A stretch of 64,000 nt of DNA from NCBI GenBank assembly GCA_963675595.2, contig CAXXLZ010000001.1, positions 1,717,448-1,781,447 of the forward strand, given 5' to 3'. The position numbers and the translations under genes were made by a program. Below, in pieces: positions 28,329 to 38,922 of this stretch (position 1 is its first letter; each line of letters begins with the position of its first letter). This stretch comes from Thermodesulfobacteriota bacterium (lineage in GTDB: Bacteria > Desulfobacterota > Desulfarculia > JACQYL01). Under the pieces are notes generated by a model. It was not told the origin of the DNA. It did no database searches and was given only the letters and a program-made list of their open reading frames with translations.

Positions 28329-29978
28329 CTAATCAATGATAAATCCAGGAGGAAGGCTCCGGCCTCCCTTATCTTGTTTCTCTTCAGGCATTTCATCCGG
28401 AACGAATTCTTCCTTCATGCCTTCTTCAGCGTGAAATACCAGGCCGTACGTCCGGGCGTGCGACTGATAGGAGCCTGAGGACAGCCGGACCTCTCCGTGG
28501 GGTGAAACCCGGATTGCCGCGTTGCCCAAAACCGGGCATTTTTGCTCGCAGTAGCCGCATCCGTTGCATCGCGACTCGTTTACATAAGGAACGGAGTTCG
28601 TGTTCGCCCTGACCCCCCGCATGACGATGGCGTCGTAAGGACATATCTCATCACAGATCAAGCACTTACGATCTTCTTCCCACGCGATGCAGCGGGAACG
28701 ATCAATGTAGGCGCTGCCGATCTTCGCGTATTTTTTCTCTTCAAGACTCAAAAAGCGAATGGCTCCGGTGGGGCAAACTTGTCCGCAGAGATTGCAGCCC
28801 TGCTCACACCCCGCGTATCGCGCATGGGTCTTCGGAGACCAGAGTCCGTCCACACCGGCCTCGAGCAAAACCGGCTGTAGGGTGTTGGTGGGGCAGACCT
28901 TCATGCATTCGCCACATCCGATACACCTCCGTACGAACTCCTCTTCGGGTACGGCACCCGGCGGACGAATCAAAGTGGAACGTCGGTCTATCCGTATCGA
29001 CGACTCCCCATGTACGGAATCCAACTCCACGATGGCGAGAAGGCCCGCAGCAATCCCGGAGGCGCCCGCCGCCAGCACTCTTCTCCTCCCCAGGTCCAGC
29101 GACACGCTTTTCTCCGGTTTGGACGGCCTTGAAAAATCAATGGCTCCCTCCGGACAGAGGTCTCTGCATTTCAGGCAAACAATGCACTCCCCGTGTGCGG
29201 TTACGGTGGGGTCCTCTTTGATGGCGCCCATGGGGCATTTCCGAATGCACAACCCACATTGAGTGCACTTCGCATCCACATTCCGTCTGAGCAGGGGCCG
29301 TCGGGAAAACAAAGCCATAAGGGCTCCGGCGGGACAAATCGTTCGGCACCAGAACCTGGACTGTATTCGACCCAGAAGAAGAATTCCCAGGAAAAGGAGC
29401 ATCGAAAGAAACGCGGTGCCGAAGTGAACCTGGTCGATTTGCGCATACCGTAACCACCCGAATCCCGGGAGCGCGGACAGAGCGTCCGTCAGCGCCAAAC
29501 CCAACCTGCCCAATTGGAGCAAGACCGGATAAACGACAAGCACATAGGACCGCGTGACCAAAGCCAAAGGTGAAAGAAGAAATGTGTAGGATACCCCCAA
29601 CACGGCGGCACACAGTAGGGCAACCAGGACGAGATACTTCCAGCGACAAGACTTGAGTTGCGAGGGACCGGCGTTTCGAAAAGCTCTTCCTGCGGGCCTG
29701 CAGATGAAGCGATCGCTGAAATCGATGGTCGAGCCCAACGGGCAGACATAACCACAGAAAAAGCGACCTACCACCAACGACACCCCGAGGACCGCGAAGC
29801 CCCATGCAGGAGCTCCGATCCACGTCCTCGCGGCGATCATCGTGGAGACCGAAACGAAGGGATCAAGCCTCACAAACAGGTCTACAGGTACCCACCCCGG
29901 GAGCGGATAGGTCGCACGCCACAGAAGAAAGATGAAACAGCCGAAAAGGACGAGTTGGACGATTCGCTGAAATCTCAA
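28329..29978 (-). CDS. Membrane polyferredoxin (NapH/MauN-like TM region plus NapG/MauM-like 4Fe-4S region)
   Basis: GRFFCGYVCPLG, RFWCRTICPAG, RPPGA, several CxxCxxCxxxCP motifs. Confidence 0.85.
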   Translation of the reverse strand: MRFQRIVQLVLFGCFIFLLWRATYPLPGWVPVDLFVRLDPFVSVSTMIAARTWIGAPAWGFAVLGVSLVVGRFFCGYVCPLGSTIDFSDRFICRPAGRAFRNAGPSQLKSCRWKYLVLVALLCAAVLGVSYTFLLSPLALVTRSYVLVVYPVLLQLGRLGLALTDALSALPGFGWLRYAQIDQVHFGTAFLSMLLFLGILLLGRIQSRFWCRTICPAGALMALFSRRPLLRRNVDAKCTQCGLCIRKCPMGAIKEDPTVTAHGECIVCLKCRDLCPEGAIDFSRPSKPEKSVSLDLGRRRVLAAGASGIAAGLLAIVELDSVHGESSIRIDRRSTLIRPPGAVPEEEFVRRCIGCGECMKVCPTNTLQPVLLEAGVDGLWSPKTHARYAGCEQGCNLCGQVCPTGAIRFLSLEEKKYAKIGSAYIDRSRCIAWEEDRKCLICDEICPYDAIVMRGVRANTNSVPYVNESRCNGCGYCEQKCPVLGNAAIRVSPHGEVRLSSGSYQSHARTYGLVFHAEEGMKEEFVPDEMPEEKQDKGGRSLPPGFIID

Positions 29979-30886
29979 GCCGAGACCTTCTTCACGTCCA
30001 GATTTCCAATGTCCATTCGGCCAAGTCCGCGTTCATGGGCTTGCCGGATGTGCTTGACCTGACCCGGCTCGAATTTCCGACCGTACCATTCGCCCAACGA
30101 CACCGTCAGCGCGTCCGCGGTGACAAAATCGGCGGATGCGATCACGGTGTTCAACTCGATGACCTTGCCCGGGCCGCCGGGACCCCGTGTGGACAAGAGC
30201 CGTGTGGCATCCACAACGGAAAGGTGAGGACGAACCGCGGAGCACAAATCCACGATAGCCGTGTGCAGGTCGTATCGCCAATGGAAAACCGCCCGGTCGT
30301 AGATCACGCCCATGAGGTTTTTCATGCTCAGGCTCACTCCCGCCGAGCTGTGACACTTAGCCACCGGAGCCGAGATCAGCACATCCGCCTCCAACACATC
30401 CTTCATCACTCTGGTGCTCTTCAGATCAACGCCTTCCGGCACCTTGATTTCCCGGAAGAACTTTCGGTCCTGAAGTCCAAGGACCGATGTATCGGGGAAG
30501 AGCTCGCACGCACGGGCCAGCCCGCTCTTTTCCAGGCACAGCTCGACATCCTTCAAAGGATTGTCCAGAACGAGCACGCGGGAGGCTCCCGAGGAAACAC
30601 ATTGCGCGACGAGTTCTTTGACCACTTCGGGATGAGTGGTGGTCGCCCAACTCGGGGGGTTGGAAAAGCTCATGTTAGGTTTAACAACCACTTTATCCCC
30701 CTTCTTCACAAAGCGGGACATCCCCCCAAGACCGTCCACCGCAGCTTTCACGGCAGCCGAAGGACTCCCTTGGGCAAGCACGGCATACGGCGTGGTCCCC
30801 ATCGATCCATCATCCGCCCAAGCCGACGGCACAACCGTTGCCGCCGCCATCAGCGCTGAATTTCGCAAAAAATCGCGTCTCTTCAT
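29975..30886 (-). CDS. DUF362 domain protein with Tat signal peptide
   Basis: MKRRDFL twin-arginine signal; VVVKPN, ATTTHPEVV, PVAKCH...SLSMKNLMG. Confidence 0.87.
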   Translation of the reverse strand: MKRRDFLRNSALMAAATVVPSAWADDGSMGTTPYAVLAQGSPSAAVKAAVDGLGGMSRFVKKGDKVVVKPNMSFSNPPSWATTTHPEVVKELVAQCVSSGASRVLVLDNPLKDVELCLEKSGLARACELFPDTSVLGLQDRKFFREIKVPEGVDLKSTRVMKDVLEADVLISAPVAKCHSSAGVSLSMKNLMGVIYDRAVFHWRYDLHTAIVDLCSAVRPHLSVVDATRLLSTRGPGGPGKVIELNTVIASADFVTADALTVSLGEWYGRKFEPGQVKHIRQAHERGLGRMDIGNLDVKKVSA

Positions 30887-31062
30887 CGTTTCTCCATCTT
30901 CTCGGCCCGTCCGCTAGCCGCTTCCCTCGGGCGAGCAGGCAACACCATTGGAATTCGAGCAACCAGCCCCTCTATATTAACACGGAATTGTCGAGAATGT
31001 TTAAAGGTGCAGCGGATGAAGCTTCCCGTCCCGTCCCCGGCGCTTTAAAAACGAACGCAACG

Positions 31063-31085
31063 AAAAAGGGGGCTTTCGGCCCCCT
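31063..31085 (-). terminator. Intrinsic terminator after the TRAP permease
   Basis: Minus strand AGGGGGCCGAAAGCCCCCTTTTT. Confidence 0.75.
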
Positions 31086-31110
31086 GCAAGCGAGCAAAGA
31101 CCAAATGCCC

Positions 31111-32835
31111 CTATGCTCTCACAAACACCCGCTTCAACGGCTGCCACCATGCAAGACTCAAGAGATAGGCGTACAAATAGGTCCCCACGGCGATCAGCAC
31201 GAAGACTTTGACAATGTCCCACGTATCACCCTGCAGAGTGAAACCGGGGACATAGCCGAACAGGAACGGGCCCAGATAGAGAAATTTCGCGAACTTGAAC
31301 GAGCTGAAGGCGGTTTTCCACATGTTGGCGCCGGCGATGGTCGCACCGGCAAAGGCGGCAATACAAACCGGAGGCGTAATATTCGAGTCCTGAGACAACC
31401 AATAGACAATCATATGTGACGCGACTTCATTCACACCAAGATGGGTCAGGGCCGGAACAGCCACAACCGCGGTAATCAGGTAGGCAGCCGTGACAGGCAC
31501 ACCCATGCCCAGGATGAGGGACGCGAGTGCGATGAGAAGAATGGTGAGGAACAGCTTTCCGCCCGCCAACTGGATCACAATGTCCGCGAACGTCAGGATC
31601 AGACCGCTAAAGGTGAGCACCGATATGATGATGCCGATCACTCCAACGGTGGCGCCGATTTTCAGACTGCTCGCCGCGCCCGATCGTGCGGCTTCCACGA
31701 AACGTTTAGGTCCGATGCGGGTTTCCTTGTTGATCCAACTGATCACGATACATGAAAAGATTCCGGCAATGGCGGCGAAGCCCGCGGAATAACCTTTGAG
31801 CATGATCACCGTAATGAGAACCAGCGGAAGAATGTAATACCATTCCTTTCTGAAAATCTCCCACGCCCCGGTTTCGTGTTTGGCTCCCCGTATGTGATGG
31901 ATCTTCGCCTCATAGTGCACCATGACAAAGACACTGAGAAAGTACATGAGCGCCGGGAAAATCGCGATGAGCATGATCCGGGAATAGGGAACTCCCGTAA
32001 GCTCCGCCATGATGAAACCGCCCGCCCCCATAATGGGCGGCATGAACATGCCGCCGATGGAAGCCGCCGGCTCCACGGCTCCGGCCACGTGTGGCCTGAA
32101 TCCCGCCTTTTTCATCAGGGGAATAGTGAAGGCTCCTGTGGAAACCGTGTTGGCGATGGCACTGCCGGAAATGGAACCGAACAGCGCGCTGGCGATCACC
32201 GCCACTTTGGCCGGTCCTCCGGTCCTGTGACCCACCGCAGCCAAGGGAAAATCGATGAAAAAACGTTGGGCGCCGGATTTTTCGAGAAAGGCTCCGAACA
32301 GGACGAAGAGCAGTACGTAAGTGGCCAGGACATTGGCCATAATGCCGAAGACCCCATCCGCCTTGAAGAAAATGGTGGTGCACAGGCCTCGTAACGTGTC
32401 TCCCGGATGCGCGAAAAGCTCCGGCATATAGGGTCCGTAAACCCCATACAGGATCATCAGGACGCCGATAATCACGAACACCGAGCCCACGACCCTTCGC
32501 GCGACTTCAATGCCGATGAACACCCCGACGACGCCGACAAGCATATCCGTGGAAGTCTCAGCGCCGGCCCGGTAGGCGATGGCTTCGAAGTTGACCATCC
32601 AGTAAATCACGGTGACCATGGAAAGCGCCATCAGGACATAATCCCAGATTCTCAAGCACCACGTCTTGGATCGATGAAGAAGAAACACCAAAACGTAGGT
32701 AATGAAAACGTAAACTCCACGATGGAACTGCGTGGCCGCAGGCTCCACCACGGCCGAGTAGGAATAGAAGACCACGAAGACCACCGCGAGAATATCGAAA
32801 ATCACCTTTTCGACTCGATGCAAATTCTCGTACAC
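31111..32835 (-). CDS. TRAP transporter fused permease (TAXI-type)
   Basis: GGPAKVAV, GSISGSAIAN, PPIMGAGGFIMAE, LGMGVPVTAAY, NITPPVC. Confidence 0.9.
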   Translation of the reverse strand: MYENLHRVEKVIFDILAVVFVVFYSYSAVVEPAATQFHRGVYVFITYVLVFLLHRSKTWCLRIWDYVLMALSMVTVIYWMVNFEAIAYRAGAETSTDMLVGVVGVFIGIEVARRVVGSVFVIIGVLMILYGVYGPYMPELFAHPGDTLRGLCTTIFFKADGVFGIMANVLATYVLLFVLFGAFLEKSGAQRFFIDFPLAAVGHRTGGPAKVAVIASALFGSISGSAIANTVSTGAFTIPLMKKAGFRPHVAGAVEPAASIGGMFMPPIMGAGGFIMAELTGVPYSRIMLIAIFPALMYFLSVFVMVHYEAKIHHIRGAKHETGAWEIFRKEWYYILPLVLITVIMLKGYSAGFAAIAGIFSCIVISWINKETRIGPKRFVEAARSGAASSLKIGATVGVIGIIISVLTFSGLILTFADIVIQLAGGKLFLTILLIALASLILGMGVPVTAAYLITAVVAVPALTHLGVNEVASHMIVYWLSQDSNITPPVCIAAFAGATIAGANMWKTAFSSFKFAKFLYLGPFLFGYVPGFTLQGDTWDIVKVFVLIAVGTYLYAYLLSLAWWQPLKRVFVRA

Positions 32836-32863
32836 GTTTCATCCCATGCCGGAAGTTGTACAG

Positions 32864-32893
32864 AAAAAAGGCGGCAGGTTGAACCTGCCGCCT
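32864..32893 (-). terminator. Hairpin plus U-tract between TAXI-1 and the permease
   Basis: Minus strand AGGCGGCAGGTTCAACCTGCCGCCTTTTTT. Confidence 0.7.
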
Positions 32894-32910
32894 CGTACCC
32901 GCTCTCAGGG

Positions 32911-33873
32911 TTATTTTAGGACGCCCTTCTCCTTCCAGAACTTCTCGGCACCCGGGTGCAAAGGAGTGACCACTCCTTTCACTCCGCCCTCGATACTCAT
33001 TTCTTTAGCCGATTTGTGTACGCTGACCATGTATTCCAAGCCCTCGGGGCTGAACACGGTCTCAAGCAATTTGTAAACCACGTCTTCGGGAACCTTGCTG
33101 TTGGCAATCCATAGAGTCGAATCCTGGAAAGTGTTGACGTCTTGGTCCTGGCCTTTGTAAGTCCCCGCGGGAATCACCACCCTGGAGAAGTAGGGATATT
33201 TGGTGAAGAAGTCCACCTCTTCCCCGTCTTTGTAGGTGTTGAGCAGCCTTACGTCTACCTGGAGCGCAGCCTCGAGCACTGCGGCGTTGGGGAAGCCCGC
33301 GAAAACCCAGAAAGCGTCCAGTTGTTTATTCTTGAAGGCATCCGCCGCCGCCCTATATCCCAGAAAATTCTGGTCTATGTCCTTCCATATGCCCAACGCG
33401 CTGAAGAACAACTCGCAGCTGGCGGCCGCTCCTGAGCCCGCGTTACCGACCCCGACCCTTTTGCCTTTGAGATCTTTGGATTTCATGATGTCCGAGTCGG
33501 CTCGGACCACCAACTGAGCAGGTGCCCCATAGAAGTAGGCAAGCGCCAGCACGTCCGTATATTTCTTGTCGTCCTGCTTCAGCATGCCGTTTCGCGCTTC
33601 AAAGATGTTGCCGGAATAAGCCACGGCGAATTGGGCTTTGCCTGAGTTGACCAAGCGTACGTTCTCCACGGATCCTCCCGAGGAACTGGCGAGCATCTTG
33701 ATCCCGGCCTTCTTGGCAAGCGTAGCCACTGCGCTGGCATAGTATTGGAAAGTCCCGCCGGACGGACCGCCGGAAAATTTGTACATGGCGGCAAAAGAGC
33801 TTGAGGAAAAGGTAAGGAAGATGGTTGACAAGGTGATTACGGCGAGAACGAACCAAAATTTCCGGGCCTTCAT
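32911..33873 (-). CDS. TAXI family TRAP solute-binding protein (paralogue 1)
   Basis: GGPSGGTF, SGGSVENV, DLKGKRVGVGNAGSG, PLHPGAEKFW. Confidence 0.92.
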   Translation of the reverse strand: MKARKFWFVLAVITLSTIFLTFSSSSFAAMYKFSGGPSGGTFQYYASAVATLAKKAGIKMLASSSGGSVENVRLVNSGKAQFAVAYSGNIFEARNGMLKQDDKKYTDVLALAYFYGAPAQLVVRADSDIMKSKDLKGKRVGVGNAGSGAAASCELFFSALGIWKDIDQNFLGYRAAADAFKNKQLDAFWVFAGFPNAAVLEAALQVDVRLLNTYKDGEEVDFFTKYPYFSRVVIPAGTYKGQDQDVNTFQDSTLWIANSKVPEDVVYKLLETVFSPEGLEYMVSVHKSAKEMSIEGGVKGVVTPLHPGAEKFWKEKGVLK

Positions 33874-34089
33874 AAACTTCCTCCTATTTTTTAGCGCTTA
33901 CATCAGTGGCTGGGGCTCAAACCGCCTCTCTTTCCCTTCATAGATTAAATACAAAAAAATAGTTAGCTCTGCAAGAGAAAAGCTGGAACAACCGCCGCAA
34001 TCCGTTGTCCGGGCCACGGTCCAGGACGACGAATTAGTTCCCTGAAAGGAACCACCCTGATCCCCTGTTACTGCTTTCAACTTTTCTAC

Positions 34090-35046
34090 CTACTTGAGCA
34101 CGCCTTTTTCCCTCCAAAACTTCTCGGCGCCCGGGTGCAAAGGCGTGACCACGCCCTTGACGCCGTTCTCAATGCTCATCTCTTTGGCCGACTTGTGCGC
34201 ATCCATCATGTATCGAAGCCCTTCCGGACTGAAGACGATTTCCAGCAGCTTATAGACCACCTCGTCCGGTACTTCCGCGTTGACAATCCATAGCGCCGAG
34301 TCCTGGAAGGTGGTGACGGGTTCGTTTTGTCCCCTGTAGCTGCCCGCGGGGATGACGACTTTGGAGAAGTTGGGGTATTTGGTGAAGAAACCGACCGCTT
34401 CACCATCACCGTAGAGATCCGGTAGCCTCACGTCCGTTCGGCGTTCCGCCTCGAGCACGGCCGCATTGGGAAATCCCGCCAATACCCAAAAAGCGTCGAG
34501 ACGGTTATTCACGAGAGCCTCCGCAGCGGCTCGATATCCTATGAAACTCTTGTTCATATCCTCCCAGATGCCTAATTGTCGGTAAAACAGCTCACAACTC
34601 GCGGCGGCACCGGATCCTGCGTTGCCGACGCCCACTCTCTTTCCTCTAAGGTCGGAGGGTCGAACGATATCCGAATCGGCCCGCACCACCAGCTGAGCGC
34701 GAGCACCGTAGAAGTGCGCCACGACCAGGACCTCCGAATATTTGCCGGCATCCTGTTCAAGCTGTCCCTTCCGTCCCTTGAGCACATTTCCGGAATGCGC
34801 CACCGAAAACGGGACTTGGCCGGTGCCCACCAGGCGAACGTTCTCAACGGATCCTCCCGAAGGGCTGGCCGCCATATTGATCCCGTGCTCCCTCGCCAGT
34901 GCGGCCACCGCGTTCGCATAATTCTGGAACGCGCCGCCCGAGGGCCCGCCCGAAAATACATACTCAGCGGCATAGGTTCCCGGGGATGAAATGAGCAACA
35001 AAGCCGAAAGCATGATGACCGAAATCACCAACCGAACTTTACGCAT
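34090..35046 (-). CDS. TAXI family TRAP solute-binding protein (paralogue 2)
   Basis: Same motifs, closely similar to paralogue 1; start MRKVRL after RBS GGAGG. Confidence 0.92.
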   Translation of the reverse strand: MRKVRLVISVIMLSALLLISSPGTYAAEYVFSGGPSGGAFQNYANAVAALAREHGINMAASPSGGSVENVRLVGTGQVPFSVAHSGNVLKGRKGQLEQDAGKYSEVLVVAHFYGARAQLVVRADSDIVRPSDLRGKRVGVGNAGSGAAASCELFYRQLGIWEDMNKSFIGYRAAAEALVNNRLDAFWVLAGFPNAAVLEAERRTDVRLPDLYGDGEAVGFFTKYPNFSKVVIPAGSYRGQNEPVTTFQDSALWIVNAEVPDEVVYKLLEIVFSPEGLRYMMDAHKSAKEMSIENGVKGVVTPLHPGAEKFWREKGVLK

Positions 35047-35120
35047 TCTTGAGCTTCCTCCTGTATTGAGAGAGTCATCTCGCCGGCTCAAACAGGAACC
35101 TCGGAGCCTCAAGAGACGAT

Positions 35121-35275
35121 CCATCCGGTTTCTTCACCTTGATCGGAGATTGCCGGACGGCCCGACGATAAGATGCAGGGCGCGCGAATCCCGAAAAATG
35201 AAGGCACAGATGTGAAGCGGTCGTGGTGACGAGAGATGATGCGCATCGCCGCGGACCGCGCTTTTCAACGACCCG
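35121..35275 (+). repeat. Degenerate copy of the ~154-bp MITE-like repeat
   Basis: gatgcagggcgcgcgaatcccgaaaaatg...gcgcatcgccgcggaccgcgcttttcaacgac aligns by eye with the copies at 51341 and 55151; left end is approximate. Confidence 0.55.
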
Positions 35276-36787
35276 TCAAAGAGTGGTCGTGAGGAAGTGG
35301 AAACCGTAGGGCTCCAACCTCACATAAAGGCCCGTGTTTTTCAGCTCCTCCACTGATCGGGTGTAGACGGTCTCTTCCGCGGACAAACGGTCCGCCAGTT
35401 CGACTTCTCCTTCTCCTTCCCAGGACTCCTCGGAGAAAGGCAGGAAGGCGGATGCGACCGTCGGCCCGTGGTTCACCGCGATGATCGCGCGTTCCTTACC
35501 CATGCGGTAAAAAAAGCCTACGATGGAGCGATACCCCTGATCCTCCCCATAAGCGGTCACCGCTTCCAGAAGTTCCCATGCGCCTTCCTTGAACAACGGT
35601 GAGGAGGTTAATTGCAGCAGCCTTTCGTAAAACGCGACGACTTCGGCGTTCTCGTTTTCATCGGGTTCTCGGACCAACTGTACTGGAACGTGGACCTTTT
35701 TCCCCTGCCATTGGCCGTGATGGAACAAACGCATTCCAGGAGAAGTTGCGTGCAGCAGGGCCGCACTCTTCCAGGACTCACCGGAAAACACGGCGGCCAT
35801 TCGCTCCTCGTCATGATTCTCCAGAAATCTGACCATATTCGTGGAGCGGCCGAATTCGGCATACAGGTTTTCTTTGTAGGCCGTTACATCGCCGCGCAGC
35901 AGAGCGTCATATCCGGTCTTGTCGTAGGCATAGCCGAAACCCAAGTCCAGTAACTCGATTTCTTTTCCCCAGTAGGCCTCCGCCATGAACAGGAATTCGG
36001 GTTTCACTTTTTTGGCTTCATGGATCAAACCGGTCCAGTACTCTTTCTCCGGAAGGGTGATGCCGAATCGATCCATCCACTCCTGCCACGTCTGCGCAAA
36101 AACCTGGTTCAAAACAAGCATGGCCATATCGCATCGTACACCGTCACAAACCCCGGCCAATCGAACGATTTCTTCTATGGCCGACGCTCTGGCCGTTTCC
36201 GAAATTGCACAAATCTGAGCGGTGTCCGTCCATGGTGGGAAATACGGGTCGCGTCCGTGGGCAATCCATTTTACAGCTCCGCCCCGACATGTTGCTTCGA
36301 AGCATCCATCGGGGCCGAAGGCGTCTTCCGAATCCGAGTGAACGAACCTGTCGGGATTGTTGGTCACGGAAGCATGATCTCGGGCCGTGTGGTTGGGGAC
36401 GAAGTCCAGCATAAGTCCGAGTCCGGCGTTGTGCAGGTCTTTGCGAAGCCTGTCCAAATCCTTCTCGGAACCCAGCGCCGAGGCGGGCTTGTATTCGGCA
36501 ACGGCAAATGGGGAACCTCCCACGTCTTCATCCATATATCCCGGAAGCACGGAATCGTATACCTTCTTCAGGTCGGGATGGTTTCGTGATATTTCCACGG
36601 ACTTGTCGCCGGGCCGCCAGAGCCCCATGAGCCACACAATATCGATCCCGTTGGCCTTTAAACTCGACCAGAATTCTTCGGGAACATTCCCCAACGTGGT
36701 TTTCCGCCCCAGTTTCCGCGATAGGTCGGAAAGCCAAGTCCTTGTGTTGATCTCATAAAGTTGCGGGTGCAGGGGCAATGCGTACAT
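35276..36787 (-). CDS. Alpha-amylase family (GH13) glycoside hydrolase
   Basis: LDFVPNH, GVRCDMAM, FMAEAYW, FLENHDE (catalytic regions); RBS before ATG 36787. Confidence 0.88.
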   Translation of the reverse strand: MYALPLHPQLYEINTRTWLSDLSRKLGRKTTLGNVPEEFWSSLKANGIDIVWLMGLWRPGDKSVEISRNHPDLKKVYDSVLPGYMDEDVGGSPFAVAEYKPASALGSEKDLDRLRKDLHNAGLGLMLDFVPNHTARDHASVTNNPDRFVHSDSEDAFGPDGCFEATCRGGAVKWIAHGRDPYFPPWTDTAQICAISETARASAIEEIVRLAGVCDGVRCDMAMLVLNQVFAQTWQEWMDRFGITLPEKEYWTGLIHEAKKVKPEFLFMAEAYWGKEIELLDLGFGYAYDKTGYDALLRGDVTAYKENLYAEFGRSTNMVRFLENHDEERMAAVFSGESWKSAALLHATSPGMRLFHHGQWQGKKVHVPVQLVREPDENENAEVVAFYERLLQLTSSPLFKEGAWELLEAVTAYGEDQGYRSIVGFFYRMGKERAIIAVNHGPTVASAFLPFSEESWEGEGEVELADRLSAEETVYTRSVEELKNTGLYVRLEPYGFHFLTTTL

Positions 36788-37112
36788 GGTGTCGAACCTC
36801 CCTTGATGGTGGTGAATACAGGGTATCACAAGCCCGGACCTCTTCTCCATATACTTTTCACCGTTCCGCTCGGGAGCATGCCGTCTCAGGGCCCTTTCAA
36901 CCGGGTAACCGAAACCGATTCAGCTCCGATGCGATAACCGATTGACGCAAGCGAGTGATTGTGGGTAAGGTTCCTTTTTTCGGAAAAGGCTCCTCTTGGA
37001 TCCGCCGGATTGCGTCGGAAATGCCGGAGCAAAGCAGTTAATCTCGTTCCCCGGGAAGGACTTGTAGTCCGCCGCGTATCTCACCCAGGGACGGATTCGG
37101 AGAAACGGACCA

Positions 37113-38870
37113 GTGTCGTCACCCAACGAACGAATCGAGCGCTTTCTTCTCAAATGGCACGTGAGCGATCACCTCTATACCTCTCTGATCGCCATTCTAA
37201 TTGGAATATTAGGAGGATACGGTGCCGTTCTCTTCAGAATTCTGATCCGGGCCTTCCAGTACGTCTTCTACCAGAACGATGCGGACTTTCTTGAAATAGC
37301 CGATCAAATCCCATTCTACGCAAAACTCCTGATACCCGCCCTGGCAGGGGCCGTCGTCGGTCCCATTGTCTATTTTGGTGCCAAAGAGACTAAAGGGCAC
37401 GGAGTCCCCGAGGTCATGGAGGCGATGGCACTGCGCGGTGGGCGCATCCGATCCCGCGTGGCCGTAATCAAGATACTCGCGTCCGCCATAACCATCGGAG
37501 GCGGCGGTTCCACCGGTCGTGAAGGACCCATCGTCCAAATCGGCGCTTCCGTCGGTTCATCGGTGGGGCAGTTCCTCAAAGTCTCTCAAGACCGTCAGAG
37601 AACCTTCCTCGGTTGCGGCGCCGCGGCGGGCATCGCCGCCACTTTCAACGCTCCCATTGCGGGAGTCTTTTTCGCCCTCGAACTGCTTTTAGGCGATTTC
37701 GGAGTCTCCACCTTCGCTCCCATCGTTATCGCTTCAGTGGCCGCAACGACGATATCCCGCTACCATTTCGGCAATTTTCCCGCTTTCGTCGTGCCGCCGT
37801 ACGAACTGGTCAGCTATTGGGAGTATTTCTTCTACGGGATTCTCGGACTCCTGGCGGGGTTGGTGGCCCTCCTCTATATTCTTTCCGTGTACAAAGCGGA
37901 GGACCTTTTCGATCGAATGCCCATCCCGGATTACACAAAAGGGGCGGTGGGCGGCTTGATCCTGGGCTCCATGCTGCTGGTTTATCCTCATCTTTTCGGC
38001 GTCGGCTACGGCACCATCGATTTGTGTCTCATGAACCGACTTACCATCGGACTACTGTTCGTTCTGATTTTCGCCAAAATCGCCGCCACATCCATCACTC
38101 TGGGCTGCGGGATGTCCGGAGGCGTCTTCGCTCCTGCTCTGATGATCGGAGCGCTGACCGGAGGCTTCTTCGGCCAGGTCTTGAACATGGTCGCTCCCCA
38201 AATCACCGCCTCGAGCGGTGCCTATGCCCTGGTGGCCATGGGTGCGGTGGTAGCGGGCGCCACCCACGCGCCCATTATGTCCATCCTGATCCTCTTCGAG
38301 ATGACTTCGGACTACCACATCATCCTCCCGCTGATGCTCTCCTGTATCACAAGCAGTTTGGTGGCGAGCACTCTCAAGAAAGGGAGTATTTTCACCACCA
38401 AACTGCGAAGAAAAGGGATAAACCTTCACATGGGGCGTGAACGGGGCATTCTTCGACGTATGACCGTCCAGGACGTCATGCTCGAACATACCCATATGGT
38501 GCCCGAAAGCATGCATCTCGTGGACATTATTGAAACGTTCAAGCGCACCAACGCGTCCTACCTGCAGGTCGTGGACCAACGACGTGCGCTGGCGGGCATT
38601 ATCTCCTTCAGAGACGTTCGTGCCGTGCTGCAGGAAGAGGACCTCGGACACTTGATCATCGCTCGGGACGTCGCGACCACCGACGTCATCACCGTGAAGA
38701 GGACGGAAAGTCTGGAAGAAGCTCTGCGCAAGATGGGAAGTAAGGGGATTTCACAACTTCCCGTGGTTGATGATTTGGATCCGCGCAAAGTCGTGGGGGT
38801 CTTGCAGGAAAAAGATCTCCTGTCCGCCTACAACCGGGAAGTCTTCGCCCAAGAAATGCGGCAGCAGTGA
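37113..38870 (+). CDS. ClC chloride channel/antiporter with CBS domains
   Basis: GHGVPEV, GREGPIVQ, AATFNAPIAG, SGGVFAP; C-terminal CBS pair. Confidence 0.93.
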   Translation: MSSPNERIERFLLKWHVSDHLYTSLIAILIGILGGYGAVLFRILIRAFQYVFYQNDADFLEIADQIPFYAKLLIPALAGAVVGPIVYFGAKETKGHGVPEVMEAMALRGGRIRSRVAVIKILASAITIGGGGSTGREGPIVQIGASVGSSVGQFLKVSQDRQRTFLGCGAAAGIAATFNAPIAGVFFALELLLGDFGVSTFAPIVIASVAATTISRYHFGNFPAFVVPPYELVSYWEYFFYGILGLLAGLVALLYILSVYKAEDLFDRMPIPDYTKGAVGGLILGSMLLVYPHLFGVGYGTIDLCLMNRLTIGLLFVLIFAKIAATSITLGCGMSGGVFAPALMIGALTGGFFGQVLNMVAPQITASSGAYALVAMGAVVAGATHAPIMSILILFEMTSDYHIILPLMLSCITSSLVASTLKKGSIFTTKLRRKGINLHMGRERGILRRMTVQDVMLEHTHMVPESMHLVDIIETFKRTNASYLQVVDQRRALAGIISFRDVRAVLQEEDLGHLIIARDVATTDVITVKRTESLEEALRKMGSKGISQLPVVDDLDPRKVVGVLQEKDLLSAYNREVFAQEMRQQ

Positions 38871-38922
38871 CGCGTCGGCCTCTCTCCCTTTCCTATGACC
38901 GTGCGCACCTCTCCGGTCTCGA

